A stretch of 64,000 bases of DNA from Eledone cirrhosa (taxonomy: Eukaryota), in the NCBI GenBank assembly GCA_964016885.1, contig OZ024740.1, positions 242,792,001 to 242,856,000 on the forward strand, written 5' to 3'. Made by a program: the position numbers and the translations under genes. The first letter of the stretch is position 1. Each line of letters opens with the position of its first letter. Positions 36,762 through 49,698 of the stretch are shown piece after piece. The notes under the pieces were generated by a model that had not been told where the DNA came from, did no database searches, and worked only from the letters and a program-made list of their open reading frames with translations.

Positions 36762-39700
36762 TTACAGACACATACTCAGAGTAGGCCCATCCACTCGGGC
36801 CATTCTTGCCGCTCTCACCCATCTTTCAACAAAATGGTGGGAAGAGAGCACTTCCCTCTCTACCCTGATTTTCCTTTTCAAATGAAATTTGAAAAAGTTA
36901 ATCAGGGCATCACCGAAGAGGTAAGTGTTCGTCTTCAGCCCTTTCAAACGTGTCCACCATACTATCTCTTTCGCCATGGCCACCAAAGAGATAAAAACTG
37001 CCTGCACTTCCCGGCTAAGGGAAGAGGGCGGGGTAATCCTCACGATGGACTCAGCTGATAGCTGGATCCGTCCTACATATGACAGCAGGTGTTCGACATA
37101 AACCCACAACTCAGAAATGCTCGGACACTGGACGAGTGCGTGCAAGACGGTTTCGTCGCCCTGCGCACATCTCTGTCATGCCCAGCTGACGGCACCTCCA
37201 TGCCTGTCGAGTTTATGCCGAACTGGCAAAGCTCCTCGGTAGCACTGCCAGGCCAGGGATTTCTGGAAGTTGTCCATAGGCCCCGGCCCAAAAGTTCTTC
37301 CGAAGAGATTAGCTAGTTGATTTTCGTCGACGCCTAGAGTTTCCCGAAGTATGTCGTCGCTCTTCACTACCACTAATCCTCTATTGAACGCCAAGGTGGA
37401 GTTTCCACCGATCACATTGCCCGATTGGTCGAGGGCTGTGAGCGCCTGAAGACATTCCAGTCTCCAAGCGTTCCATCTCAGTCTTCGCTTGACCCAGGAC
37501 TGCAGCTCCGTCAAGGAGACGAGGTGGGGAAAGACGTGTCTAGCAAACGGCGACCACACCTGATCACCGTCGAGGAAGAGGTGGAGATGTCGTAGCCTGA
37601 GCGCGTGTATGCGCATCATCAGCCACGGCATGCCCAGCCCTCCACGTAGCGGGTGTTGACAGCAGATGGACCGCCTGACCATCGGAGCACGTCCCTCCCA
37701 CAAAAAGCGACAGAGCAAACGCTCCAGCGCAGTCAGGCGGGGCTTAGGACAAGGTACGACGGTCATGCGGTAGCAGATGACGGACGCGATGTATGCGTTA
37801 GCCACCTCCGCTCGACCTTTCAGAGATAGCTTCCTCTCCGCTCATTTCTGGGTGAGAGAAGCCACCCTGCTTGTCACCTCATCCCAGTTTTTGTCCGTCT
37901 GGAGGTCCGGACCGAACCAGACCCCTAGCAATTTAACCAGTCCATCCGTCCAGTGCCCGACGATGCTGCAGAATGGCATGGACCTGCCTCTCCAGGTGCC
38001 GAGCTGGAGGCCCACTGACTTTTCCTGGTTGATCATTGCTCCTCTCACCGCTTCGTATTCTCTTAGTATAGTGCCGATCGCCTCGATGTGTTTGGCATCT
38101 GACACCACTACGGTGACATTGTCCGCATATGCTGACACGGATTTTCCACATCCTAGTTCGCATGGGATCCCCCTCAACGTCTCCAGTTTGTGCCGTAATG
38201 GCTCGAGAGTCAATACGTACAAGAGGGACGAGAGGGGACATCCTTGGCGGACCGAGCGCATGATGTTGAACGGTTCCGAAAGGTGACCGTTCACTCTCAC
38301 CACAGAGCAGATGTCGCTGTGCATGGCAGTGATCCAGCCTCTGAAGACAGGCCCAAAGCCAGCCACCCTCAGGACTGTCGCTAGGTAACGATGGTCGACC
38401 CTATCGAAAGCTTTCGACTTATCTAAATTGATCAAGGGCCCACCCGTGCCAGGTTCCCTAGCTACCCTCTCATTGATGTATCGCATGAGGTGGAGGTTGT
38501 CGTGGATGGATCTCTCGGGAATGGCGCATGTCTGCGCCTCTCCCACCAGACCACCAACGACAAGTTCCAACTCTTTGCTAGCACCTTGGCCAAAATCTTG
38601 AACTCTGTGTTTAGCAGAGTTATGGGCCTGAAATTATCTATGTTATCCCCCTTGTTCAGATCCTTTCTTTGAAGTGCCACCGCTCCTCGGCTCACACAGC
38701 TGGGAATTCTCCCATTCTGTTGCCAGTTGCAGTAGACGTCTGCCAAGAGACCTCCGAACAAGTCTGGCATCTGTACGTAAAGTTCATAGGGCAGACCATC
38801 CAAACCAGGCGATTTACCCCTTGTGCAGCCAGTCATTGCCTCCCGTACTTCAGCGGCTGTTATCAGCTTTTCACAACACTCCGCCTCAGTGGCCGAGAGC
38901 CGCGGCAGTCCGTCGAGGTAGACACTAAAGTTCATCCCTCGATCCGGCCCGCCGCTGCCCCCAAACAGCTGTGCGAAGTGCCGCTGAAAAGCTTCACACA
39001 TTTGCCTGGGATCGAGTAGCATGCGCCCGTCATGGTCCACCAAAGATCGGATCGTGGCTTCATTGCCACGACGCGCCTCCGCCACTCGGGCCCATTGAAC
39101 GGCTTTCGTCCCCTCGTGTCTGAGAGCATGCACCCTAGCTCTGACAACACAGCCTTCGTGCTTTGCATTGAAGAATTGGGCCAATTTCGCAAACCACCAC
39201 TTGTTGTTGACGATGGCCCCCGTCAATGCCTGCTTAACTAGTGTGCTAATCTGGTCTCTGTAGGCCTTGCACGCTGGTAATGACGCCTTTAGCTTCCAGT
39301 AGCCGGGTCCTTGTCTATGAAGCCTATCTAAATCAACCACACAGATCAGGAATTTGTGGAGATCAGGAATTTGTGGTCCATGTAGCTGACTATCTTGAAT
39401 TGTGGACAGCCTATGCTAGACCTATCTATTTCCCTACAAAATACTCTATCTAGATATGATCGGGATGACCCGATATGGTTTGTCCAAGTCCACATAGGCA
39501 CATTCGGGGTATCCAATTGGTACCTGTCAGACAGTTCAAAACGCCTGAGCAGGTTGGTGAGACTCTTGCACCCTCCATCCCTATCCACTAATCTCACACA
39601 GTCCCAGCTTGCATCTAAGATCTTTTTCCAGTCGCCCACTAACACTAAAGAGCGGGACATTCCAAGAAAGGTCTCCAGACACCGGAAGAAATCAGGCCGC

Positions 39701-40059
39701 CCTGCTCCTGTCGGGGCATAGACGGCCACTAGCCTGAAAGCTTGACCGTCTCCACTGGTCACGTCCAGTACCACCAACTTACCTTCTGGGTCCAGGAAGA
39801 TGGCCCGTATGGCGAGATCCAAATCTCTCCTCTAAAAAGCACAGCAACCCCCCCCCCCCGATCCAGGACGACTGGGAGATGCGTACACATCGTAGCCGCC
39901 GAAGATCGGTGCGAAGGCCCGTGCACCACATCTATGTTTAGCGACCTGAGATCGTTCAACAGGTGCCCCTGCTTCCAAGATGACCCCAGGCCACGTACAT
40001 TTATGTACGTGGCCTGGGGTCATCTTGGAATTTATGCTATCTATTCTGAGAGTAGCCAT
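36762..40059 (-). pseudogene. Tx1-like ORF2 (APE-RT), disrupted
   Basis: Pieces 39346-39822, 38462-39340, 37842-38570, 37176-37805, 36762-37145; probable start MATLRI at 40059. Confidence 0.8.
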
Positions 40060-40108
40060 GTTGGCTAGGATAGGAGGAAAACAAGTGAGAGGGGAGAGGT
40101 ACAAAAAA

Positions 40109-41321
40109 TTACCTGTGGCTCTTCTTTAGGAAGTGGGTGGGTGATCCATCCCTCCGACCATTGGTGGGTTTCTCCACGAGAATATCCGTGAATATTCTTT
40201 TGGTGATGTTCCCTCGGTAGTCTCCAATTGATGTGGGGAACATTTTTTTTAATGTTATGTAATTTTTTGTGTAATTTCTATTATTTTTATGTGTGTGAGG
40301 TGCAATTTTGGTGGTGTGTACGTAGTTTGTTTCTGTGATGTTGGTGTGGTGTTGAATGTAATTTAAAAGCTTTTTGTTGTCTGTGTCTATGGCTGTGTAT
40401 TGTGTCTGCTGTTGGGGTGTTGGTGCTTTTTGTGTTTGCTGAGGTGTTGTTGGAGGTGACGATGGGGTAGATGGTAAGGGTGGTGATGGTGGTGGTGATG
40501 GTGTAGGTGGTTGTGGGGGTTTGGTTGTTGATGGTGGTGGAGGAGGTGGGGTAGTTTTCATTTTCTTTTTTTTAAGGTTCTTCCTCTTTTTTTTTGGGGG
40601 GGGGGGATGACGGTAGGGAGTTCTTCCTTTTTTTTGTTGGAATAGTTCTCTACTCTTCGGCCTCATCGCACTCCTTGTCTGATTTGGCTATATCAGGAAG
40701 GGGTATGCTTTCCATTGGTTTTGTGGGTGGTGGAAGAGATGGTGTTTTTGTTGTTGGGGATGGTGATTTCTCTTCTGCCACTGTGTTCTTTCTTTGTTTG
40801 TCTGCTCCAGTTGCGGGGCACGGCATGGGGAGAAGGGGTGGGCGTGTGCCTGTTTTGGTGAGTTTGGGGCAGAATGCCTTAAGGTGCGTCATGTCACCAC
40901 ATCCATGACACCTTGGGTGCCTACCTTCGACAGTCATGGGTAGATGGCTGCCATCGTCCAGGTCTATTACATCGGGGATGGCCTCAACGCTCTCATGGTT
41001 TGCTTGGATGATTAGCTCCATCCCCGACCCTGTCCAATTTTCCTGTCTTATTCGTATGACGTTGAGTATGGCTGTTGAATCTTCACCGTCAGCGAGGATG
41101 GCTGCCGCCAGCCACACCATCTCCACTGAGGGTGGAACCTGGCCTAATCGAACCCTCACGACTCTCTGGCTGCAGTATGTGGGCATCATTGTGATTTCGT
41201 CACTGCGGAGTGGTGCAATGGAGTGAGCTCTGGCTTCCTCTGGTGTAGCGAAGAGCACATCCACAGTGCCATATCTCGATCCCCGGGTTATATATGTTTT
41301 CTGTGCCCAGACGGCACCCAT
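40109..41321 (-). pseudogene. Tx1-like ORF1, disrupted
   Basis: RCHGCGDMTHLKAFCP gag-type knuckle followed by Pro/Thr/Lys-rich tail. Confidence 0.7.
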
Positions 41322-41384
41322 AGCTCTTTGGATCTGTGACTCCGTTGCCCGTTCAACTCACCTGGATTTTGAACCGATCGTGCA

Positions 41385-41418
<34 letters not shown>

Positions 41419-41862
41419 GGTGCAAATACTGAAGGACTTTAAAAAGAGGGTATGCCTGCCAATTGATATGTCCGTTCCAATAGATATGAATGTATCTATA
41501 AAAACATTTGAAAAATTGAGCAAGTATAAAAACCTGGAGATAGAAATTGGAAAAATGTGGAAGTTGAGAACTAAAACAATACCAGTGGTTGTAGGCGCTC
41601 TAGGAATGATACCTGAGGGGTTTAATGATTACTTATCGCAAATCCCAGTATAGGAGAAATACAAAAGATAATACTAATGGGAACTGCCCATATACTAAGG
41701 AAGATTCTGTCAATATGGGTACATCACAAGTCTAAACACCTAAAGATACATGTGTGAGTATGTATGTTCTTTCTTGAACATGGCGGACCTTGTTGTCTGT
41801 TGAGGTCACTGGTTGTGACTTGGTGATAACTCGTATGAACATAAAGCAAGATAAATGCAACT
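41419..41862 (+). mobile_element. Short 5'-truncated Dong copy of the 17221 family
   Basis: Closely matches 20155-20600; (TAA)n on both sides. Confidence 0.9.
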
Positions 41863-41882
41863 ATAATAATAATAATAATAAT

Positions 41883-43010
41883 GCTTTCTTTATTAACCAC
41901 AAGGGTTGACATAAAGTATAACATTAAGGACAGCACAGGACAATACAGGACAGTACAAATGAGCATTTCTGTGTGTAAAAAAAAAAAAAAAATTATATGT
42001 ATAAAAAAAGAAACAAGGAAAAATTCCCCATAGGTGGGCGGGGGAGTCTTCCGAGGGTCGCTCATGGAGAAAGCCGACAAAAAAAACCACGGTTACCCTG
42101 ACTGCTAGGGCAAGCGCCCTCTTCCAGTTTTCCTCCTACAATACTACAGGCACACGCTCTGGGTAGACCCATTCACACGGGCCATTCTTGCCTCTCTCAC
42201 TCACCTTTCAACAAACTGGCTGGAAGGTAGCACTTCTTTCTCCACCATGATTTTCCTTTTCACATGTAACCCAAAAAAGTTAATCAGGGCGTCACCGAAG
42301 AGGAAAGTGCCCGTCTTCAGCCCTTTCAGAGATGCATCCACCATACAACCTCTTTTACCATAGCCACTAGGCAGATAAAAACTTCCTGCCCCTCCTGATT
42401 AAAGGATGGACTCAGCTGAGAGCCAGATCCATTCTACATGCGACAGCAGATGTTCAACATATACACACAAGTCAGCGATGTTCGGACACTGGACGAGTGC
42501 ATGCAGGACGGTTTTGTCACCCTGCACGCATCTCAGACAGGCCTGGCTGATGGCACTTCCATGCCTGTAGAGTTTATCCAGAACTGGCAAAGCTCCTTGG
42601 TAGCACTGCGAGGCCAGAGGTATCTGGAAGTTGTCCATGGGCCCAGGCCCCAAAATTCTTCCCATGAAATTGGCTAGTTGATTTTCATGGACGCCCAGAG
42701 TCTCACCAAGCACGTCGTCACTCTTTCCCTTCACTAACCCTCTATAGAATGCCACGGTGGAGTTTCCACCGATTGAATCACCCGACTGGTCGAGGGTTGT
42801 GAGCGCCTGAAGACATTTCAGTCTCCAAGTGCTCCCTCTCGGTCTTTGCTTGACCCAGGACTGCAGCTCCGTTAAGGAGATGAGCTGGCGAAATATGCGT
42901 CTAGCAAATGGCGACTACACCTGATCACCGTTGAGAAAGAGGTGGAGATGCCAAAGCCTGAGCTTGCCCAGCCCTCCACGTAGCAGGTGTTGACAGCAGC
43001 TGGACTACTT
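41883..43010 (-). mobile_element. More diverged Tx1-like 3' fragment
   Basis: CLRC-x8-H-x4-C; same 3' terminus plus (TTA)n. Confidence 0.8.
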
Positions 43011-43019
43011 GATCATCTG

Positions 43020-46000
43020 AGTGCATCCTTTCCACAATAATTATAACAAACTCTTCTCCGATTATGAATCTGGTTTGAGCAGGGATTGCCCCAACTCGAG
43101 CCCCCCCCCCGTTCCCCCACCGAAGCCACCCCTAAAAGAAAAATGTAAAAGGATGAAATGGACCCAAGAAGTGTATAAAGAAGTAATATCTGCATATTAC
43201 TATGCATTAGGTAAGCCATCACAAGACAGACACACTGCAAACTCTTACAAAATTTGGAAAACACGGAATCAAGCTAGCAGATATCTGGATGAAAATAAGT
43301 TAGCAAATGTTAGGAGGGTATCTTCAGAAATAATAGACCCACAGATACTGAAATAACAGAGCTCAAGCATGCTGTGGAGAATGACATAAATATAAATCAT
43401 GAAAGAACTGAAGAATCTACTGGGGATAGTAACCAGTCACAAGTCTTTGCCGAAAGACCACATCTGATCAAATCTCAAATAGGTTTGTAGAAATGAAAAG
43501 TCCTATTGAATCTGCTGAAAATAGCCAGGAATGGGGTATAGAAACTGTACTTGAAGACCAAATTTTTGCTGAAGAACACAGAGAGTTTATGAAGGAATTG
43601 TAACAGAAAATACTGAATGAGCTTGCAGTTGTAAGACATACTAGTATAAATGATAGAGAACCACTTCAAAAATTCCCAAATACAATCCAAAATAAAAAGC
43701 AAATAATGATTGATAACTCTGTAACAAAAGAAATCATTGAAGAATTAGAACCTGATCTTACTGAGTTAAATGAAATCATTTATGCCTCTGCTAGAGTAAT
43801 TGAAACAAGTTATTTACCAGCAAAAAAAAACAAAGAAAGTCAAACTAGGGAAGTAAACCAATTTGGAGGAGTAGAATTGAAAAAGAGATTGGCCTAATGA
43901 GAGGGGAAATATCTTTACTGAAGGAACTAATCACTGGAAATGATATAAGATCCAGTAAGGGAAGAAAACTAAAGAGAAAATATGGACTTTCTTCTAGAGA
44001 TGTACTAATATCAACAAAGGAAACTCTGAAACAAAAAGTCCAAGTAGATTCGAGAAGTAGAACAACTTCTACAGGCAAAAATAAGTTGTTCTCATCCAAT
44101 GCCAAGTCATTTTATAGAGAAATAGGGAAGGAGAAAATAATTATTGAAGACCCTCCTTCCATGGAAGAAGTTGAAAACTTTTGGAGAAAGTTTTGGAGTG
44201 ATGAGAAGTCATATAATGCTAATGTAGATTGGATTAGTTGCTTGGAAAAATCCAACACAGATTTACAAGAACAGGCATGGGAAGATGTCTTCATAGCAAA
44301 CTTAAGGATGGCACTCAATAAAGTTCATAAGTGGAAATCTTCTGGTAGAGACAGGGTGCCAAATTTCTGGCTTTCTTCACTCCCGTGCACTCACAATATA
44401 TTAGTCAAGCTGTTCAACGGAATTATGAAAGATCCAAAAAGTACACCTGACTGGATAGCAAGTGGCCTTACTTACCTTCTCCCAAAGAAAATGAAACTAA
44501 GGATAAAAAAAAATATCGACCCAATACCTGCTTGTCCACCACTTATAAGCTATTAACTTCTATTCTTGTGGAGAAAGCATATGTGTTTATAGAGGAGAAC
44601 AATTTTTTCCCCATTGAACAAAAAGGGTGCCAACCAGGTTCATATGGTTGTAAAGATAAACTCTTGAGAACTGTCATAACAAATGTAGAAATCTCAGTTC
44701 TGTATGCATCGATTACAAAAAAGCATACTGCACTCATGGATTCTGAAATCACTGGACATCTTCAAAATCTCAACTGTAATTTCAAACTTCCTGAAACACA
44801 TGTCATTGTGGAACACAAATCTCCAATTATTTCATTCCAATGTAATACTAAGTTCTAAGAATATAAACATCAACTGTGGCATATTCCAAGGTGACTGACT
44901 TTCACCCTTACCTTTTTACATAGCTTTAATACCCCTTACATCCGAACTTAATAGAACAGGGTATGGTTACAAAATTGACAACAAGAAAATAAGTCACCTA
45001 TTTTATATGGATGATTTAAAGCTATATTGCAAAGACAACGACAAGATGGAAGGCCTTTTGCAGACAGTAAAAACATTTAGTGATGACATCAGGATGGAGT
45101 TTGGACTTTATAAGTGTGCCAAAGCCATTTTCAAAATGGGAGAGCATATCAACTCAAATTCAGTTGAATTAGATGCTGAAACAACCATAAGGGAACTTGA
45201 GCAGGAACAAACCTATAAATACTTAATGGGGCTCTGGCATTCAGCATGCAAGTATGAGAGAGAGGATAAGGAAGGAATGTTACAGGAGAGTATGCAGTTC
45301 TGAGATCAGAACTAAATGCACATAACAATTCCTTAGCAGTTCTAGTTGTCACTTATAGCTTCGGTGTGTTGAACTGGAATATAGGTGAAATTAAAAGAAT
45401 CGACACCAAAATCCATAAGTTACTGATTGTAATAAGATGCACCACCTGAAAGCAGATGTGGATTGTCTTTACCTTTCTAGAACTCAAGGCGCCCGTGGCT
45501 TGATCCAATTTGAGCTTACCTACAAGACCATCACTATTGGACTGGCCAAATACCTTGAAACAATAAACGACTGTATACTGAAACTTGTTGGAAAACATGA
45601 GAGAAGTAAGAAGCTTCATTGTATCTTGAAGGAGAGCAAAAAAATATGCTACTGATCTCATGCTTGATACCCAGGTTGGACAGATTAAGGAAATTGTTGC
45701 AACTGATGCTGCTCAGCATATAAAATTAATAATCTATATGTATGCATATGTATGTATATATATATGTATGTATATGTATTTGTGTGTACATATATATATA
45801 TATGTATATATATATATATGTGTGTGTGTATGTTTATGTATGTGTATGTGTCTGTGTGTGTATGAATGTATATATATATATATATATGAATATAGATGTG
45901 TGTGTATGTGCATATGTGAGTGTGTATATGTGTGTATGTATGTGTATGTTTGTGTGAGTATATATGTATGTGAACATATGTGTGTGTATATATATTTTTC

Positions 46001-46190
46001 TTTTATATATTTTTTTAAAGCTGTAAATTATAATGAATCCGGTGTGTTAACTGGCTTGCCAATATATTCAGCGAGTTTATTTGCCCTAGGTGTCAGGAGT
46101 TTATTTGCCCTAGGTGTCAGGAGGACATTCAACATATAACAGAAATAATACTGAAGGAAAAGGAAAAACAATGACAATAATAACAATAAT
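43020..46190 (+). mobile_element. Decayed R4/Dong LINE, interrupted by a microsatellite, with 3' UTR
   Basis: RMKWT, KWKSSGRD, GIFQGD, YMDDLKLY; 46020-46190 matches the 3' UTR at 55975-56105. Confidence 0.8.
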
Positions 46191-46540
46191 TGTTTCTACT
46201 TTTTAGCACAAGGCCAGCAATTATCCCAGTACATTACTGGTACTATATTTTATCGACCCCCCGTAAGGATGAAAGGCAAAGTTAACCTTGGCAGGATTTG
46301 AACTCAGACTGTAAAGGGATGTAACTGTATGTTGGAAACCATGGCATCTGACCCGCTACCAATACTGTCATAATAATTGTTTCTACTTTTGGCACAAGGC
46401 CAGCAATTACCCAGTGCATTACTGGTACTTTATTTTATCGACCCCGTAAGGATGAAAGGCAAAGTCAACCTCGGCGGGATTTGATCTCAGATCCCGCCGA
46501 GGTTGACTTTGCCTTTCATCCTTACGGGGTCGATAAAATA
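46188..46540 (-). mobile_element. Two tandem Meta-like SINEs, the second ending in a 50-bp fold-back
   Basis: Arms 46431-46480 and 46491-46540. Confidence 0.85.
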
Positions 46541-46569
46541 CTGTCATAATAATAATAATAATAATAAAT

Positions 46570-47148
46570 AGGATGAGGTGTTAGATCTTCAATACATTTA
46601 TTGAGGTGTGATGCGCATTTTATGATTGATCAGCTGAAGGTTTGATCTGTATCGATTGGCCCCAACTCTGGAATGAAAAGCTCATAAGACTTCTGTTATG
46701 GTAATGACAGAATGATTCTCTTTTTATTATTATCATTATACTCTGCTTAGTACAACACCAATATACCTACTGGAAACTATTCATCTATTGCTCACTTTGG
46801 GGAACCTCCTGTAACTGGATGTTACAATCCCTAAATTATATATATATATATATAACAATAATAATAATACAAGGATGATTTGTTAGGCCTTCATTACTTT
46901 TATTGATTGGTGACACATGTTTTGCTATTGATCAGCTCACGGTTCAGTCTGTATCGATCTGGCCCAACACTGGAATCAAAAGCTCATTGGACCTTTCTAT
47001 CATTACAACAGCAAGAGGTCTGACGAGCTTTTCATTCCACAGTCGGGCAAGATCGACATAGATCGAACCTTGAGCTGATCAATTGTGAAACCCATGTCCC
47101 TTATCAATACACATAATGAAGACTTAATAAATTGTCCTTGTATTATTA
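46570..47148. repeat. Three copies (-,-,+) of a hammerhead-bearing repeat of about 140 bp
   Basis: 46570-46707(-), 46862-46997(-), 47000-47148(+) align with each other and with 647-743. Confidence 0.7.
47017..47102 (+). ncRNA. Hammerhead motif with intact core and long stem II
   Basis: CTGACGA 47020-47026, GAAAC 47087-47091, GTC 47096-47098; stems imperfect. Confidence 0.5.
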
Positions 47149-47159
47149 TATTTACACTC

Positions 47160-47352
47160 GGGCGGAGGATTGGCAGTATCGGTAGAGGGTCGGACGCCAT
47201 GCTTTGCAGCATAGAGTTACGGCCCTTTGCAGTCTGAGTTCAAATGCCGCTGAGGTTAACTTTGCCTTTCATCCTTACGGGGTCGGTCGATAAAATAAAG
47301 TACCAGTAATGCACTGGGATAATTGTTGGCCTTGTGCCAAAAGTAGAAACAA
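47160..47352 (+). mobile_element. Full-length tRNA-derived SINE (Meta-domain-like)
   Basis: Box A TGGCAGTATCGG, box B GAGTTCAAAT, central GCCTTTCATCC block, end AGTAGAAACAATTATT. Confidence 0.8.
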
Positions 47353-47480
47353 TTATTATATTTACACTCTGTTTAGCTCTACAACTCGCTACAGACGTGA
47401 ACCTAAACATTGAGTGCTCACCTGGATGAGCCTACAGTAACTTCACGTTACACTCCCTGGATATATATATATATGTGTGT

Positions 47481-47826
47481 ATCATCATCATTCATTTCAT
47501 TTTACGTCCGCTTTTTCCCTGCTTGCAAGGGTGGGACGGGAACTGATTCTGGCTTGATTTCTACAGCTGGATGCCCTTCCTAACACCAACCTCATTTACA
47601 GTGAGTGCTGAGTGCTTTTTTTGCCATGGCACCTCCACGACCACTTTGCAGTGGAATGATAGGGACACCAGTCCCTATCATCTCATTTCTACAGCTGAGT
47701 AAACTGGAGCAATGTGAAATAAAGTGTCTTGCTCAAGGAAACAACACATCACCCGGTCTGAGAATTGAACTCACAACCTTTCGATTGCAAGGCCAATGTT
47801 CTAACCACTAAGCCATGTGCCTCCAT
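47481..47826 (-). mobile_element. Full-length CORE-like SINE with RTE tail
   Basis: Box A TGGCTTAGTGG, box B GTTCAATTC; matches 28577-28919. Confidence 0.82.
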
Positions 47827-47901
47827 GTGTATATATGTATATATACATATACGTACTATATAAAACTCTTAAATTAGTATGACTTAGTAATATATATATG
47901 T

Positions 47902-48940
47902 ATCATCATCATCATCATCATCATCATCACCGTTTTACGTCCGTTCTTCCATGCTAGCATGGGTTAGACGGGTTGTCCTGTTGTGGGCAGTGTCTGGTCG
48001 GCTGACCATGCCTTGCTCATACAGGAACTGATTCTGGTTTGATTTCTACAGCTGGATGCCCTTCCTAACACCAACCTCATTTACAGTGAGTGCTGGGTGC
48101 TTTTTGGTGGCGCCTACATGTCCACTTTACAGTGTGGGCTGGGTGCTTTTCCGTGGCGCCTACACGTCCACTTTACAGTGTGGGCTGGGTGCTTTTCCGT
48201 GGCGCCTACACGTCCACTTTACAGTGTGGGCTGGGTGCTTTTCCGTGGCGCTACACGTCCACTTTACAGTGTGGGCTGGGTGCTTTTTCGTGGTGCCTAC
48301 ACGTCCACTTTACAGTGTGGGCTGGGTGCTTTTCCGTGGCGCCTACACGTCCACTTTACAGTGTGGGCTGGGTGCTTTTCCGTGGCGCCTACACGTCCAC
48401 TTTACAGTGTGGGCTGGGTGCTTTTCCGTGGCGCCTACACGTCCACTTTACAGTGTGGGCTGGGTGCTTTTCCATGGCGCCTACACGTCCACTTTACAGT
48501 GTGGGCTGGGTGCTTTTCCGTGGCGCCTACACGTCCACTTTACAGTGTGGGCTGGGTGCTTTTTCGTGGTGCCTACACGTCCACTTTACAGTGTGGGCTG
48601 GGTGCTTTTCCGTGGCGCCTACACGTCCACTTTACAGTGTGGGCTGGGTGCTTTTCCATGGCGCCTACACGTCCACTTTACAGTGTGTGCTGGGTGCTTT
48701 TTGGTGGTGCCTACACGTCCACTTTACAGTGAGTGCTGGGTGCTTTTTGGTGGCGCCTACACGTCCACTTTACAGTGTGGGTTGGGTGCTTTTTCGTGGC
48801 GCCTACACGTCCACTTTACAGTGTGGGCTGGGTGCTTTTTGGTGGCGCCTACACGTCCACTTTACAGTGTGGGCTGGGTGCTTTTTATCCGTGGCGCCTA
48901 CACGACCCCCTTGCAGTGTATATATGGGGGGATTCTTGTG
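47902..48940 (-). mobile_element. RTE 3' UTR fragment hosting a minisatellite
   Basis: 47902-48110 is the reverse complement of 25110-25310. Confidence 0.85.
48080..48918. repeat. 46-bp minisatellite, about 18 copies
   Basis: Unit ttacagtgtgggctgggtgcttttccgtggcgcctacacgtccact. Confidence 0.95.
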
Positions 48941-49599
48941 TCTCTGTGTGTGTGTGCATATGTGAATGCTACAGTGTAGCAACAATTTACTGTTATAAAC
49001 AGTGGTAGTATTGTATTTTTGCAGTGTTCTGTACTACTCCACCAACTTTATAACAGTTAGAGACATCAGACACGCTATAATATGTATGAAGTTGAATGAA
49101 AAGTTATTGTTATCATTGTTGTGGGTTTTAGCTCCAGATCAGCTCTGATCATGCACACCTGTGAACAAAGGTATTAAAGCTCTGACAATCTTGTCTTTAT
49201 TTCTTCTTTCAAGTGTCCTTTTTTGAATATGTAATTTGAAGGAGATTTATTTGACTGATATTTTAGCAAGTTGAGCAAATACACAGACTTCTTTGTTGGC
49301 TCAGTTATATTTAGGAAATATTACTATTCACTATTGTTGTTTGTTAAAAGAAAAGCAAAGTACTCCCAGCATGAGGTTGGTTGGAAGGACACTAAAATTT
49401 GAGAAACTTATTGAAACTTTATAAAACAGATACAATGGTAAAAAAAAATCATTACCTAATGGAATTGTGAAACAAAAACTATATTCTAAATAACACTTAA
49501 AACACTTGAAATATAAAAATATTAAAACTTCATAAATATATACTCCACTCATGAGAAATTCAAAAACCCACCATCTAAACGTAATGTGTTAAGTAGCTG

Positions 49600-49697
49600 T
49601 TCCAGCTTATATACGAGGTGTGCATTTTTACCCATTTCCCAGACATAAAACAGGTCGGCTTATATTCAGATTGGCTTGTATTCCAATATATATGGTA
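49600..49697 (-). mobile_element. Pogo/Tigger-like MITE terminus
   Basis: Minus strand taccatatatattggaatacaagcc...aatataagccgac resembles TACCGTATATACTCGAGTATAAGCCGAC-type TIRs. Confidence 0.5.
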
Positions 49698-49698
49698 A

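Larger units (their letters stand above)
36501..41384 (-). mobile_element. Near full-length Tx1/L1-clade LINE, frameshifted, flanked by (TAA)n
   Basis: ORF1 CCHC knuckle; ORF2 APE (AVYAPT, LVGDW, SYLDR, DHK), RT (FRPITLLN, DKSKAFDRV, RQGCPLS, AYADN), C-terminal CCHC; (TAA)n at 36470-36500 and 41385-41418. Confidence 0.85.

Noticed and set aside
47755-47826. tRNA gene
   Set aside because: A/B boxes belong to a SINE head; no complete cloverleaf
48056-49008. CRISPR-like array and 200-300 aa ORFs
   Set aside because: Contiguous 46-bp units with no unique spacers; the ORFs are by-products of a stop-free repeat
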